This document shows positions 63,849-64,000 of a stretch of DNA of 64,000 nt, in pieces. This stretch comes from Octopus bimaculoides (Eukaryota). Made by a program: the position numbers and the translations under genes. The notes below the pieces were generated by a model. The model had not been told where the DNA came from. It was given only the letters and a program-made list of their open reading frames with translations, and made no database searches. The stretch lies in the NCBI RefSeq assembly GCF_001194135.2, contig NC_068998.1:29368699-29432698 (forward strand), written 5' to 3'. Each line of letters starts with the position of its first letter. Positions within the stretch are counted from its first letter, which is position 1.

Positions 63849-63892
<44 letters not shown>

Positions 63893-63899
<7 letters not shown>

Positions 63900-63987
63900 G
63901 TAGTATATTGCCACTTAAGTGTGGCTGACCCCTAGGGGTGGATGTTACTGTTGCTTTTAGCCCCAGGAGGACATCTCCTCCAGCTGG
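63893..63987. repeat. Second copy of the 95-bp repeat (continues to the window edge)
   Basis: Identical to 52147-52241; directly follows (TA)n. Confidence 0.9.
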
Positions 63988-64000
63988 CTTATCGACACAC

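Noticed and set aside
63893-64000. HDV-like ribozyme in the 95-bp repeat
   Set aside because: I could not build a consistent P1/P3/L3 pseudoknot on either strand by eye.
1-64000. CRISPR arrays, rRNA, prokaryotic or viral systems
   Set aside because: No repeat-spacer array, rRNA-like sequence, operon structure or viral hallmark gene was seen; the sequence is metazoan.

Overview
Eukaryotic, AT-rich, microsatellite-rich draft scaffold with nine N gaps. It is most likely from a coleoid cephalopod (Octopus-like); this is inferred from the SINE/RTE repeat families and the gene architecture, not from a database hit. The one clear protein-coding gene is a 1022-aa C2H2 zinc-finger protein (41066-44134, +). 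It has a single coding exon, 15 fingers, two long poly-Asp tracts bracketing the finger array, and Gln/His-rich ends. A candidate non-coding first exon lies about 12.7 kb upstream, and about 5 kb of nearly repeat-free DNA (probable 3' UTR) lies downstream. A second, unidentified spliced gene may be present at about 20.3-23.4 kb. The rest is a very diverse transposon graveyard: a full-length but frameshifted L1/Tx1-type LINE with a 15-bp target-site duplication; CRE, R4/Dong-like, RTE, CR1/L2 and Penelope remnants; a Gypsy element; four mariners, a rosa/DD41D-like element, Tigger, hAT, small MITEs and many tRNA-derived SINEs. The main structural oddity is a ~960-bp AT-rich palindrome (50924-51882). 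All alignments were made by eye, and remnant boundaries are approximate unless a TIR or TSD is quoted.
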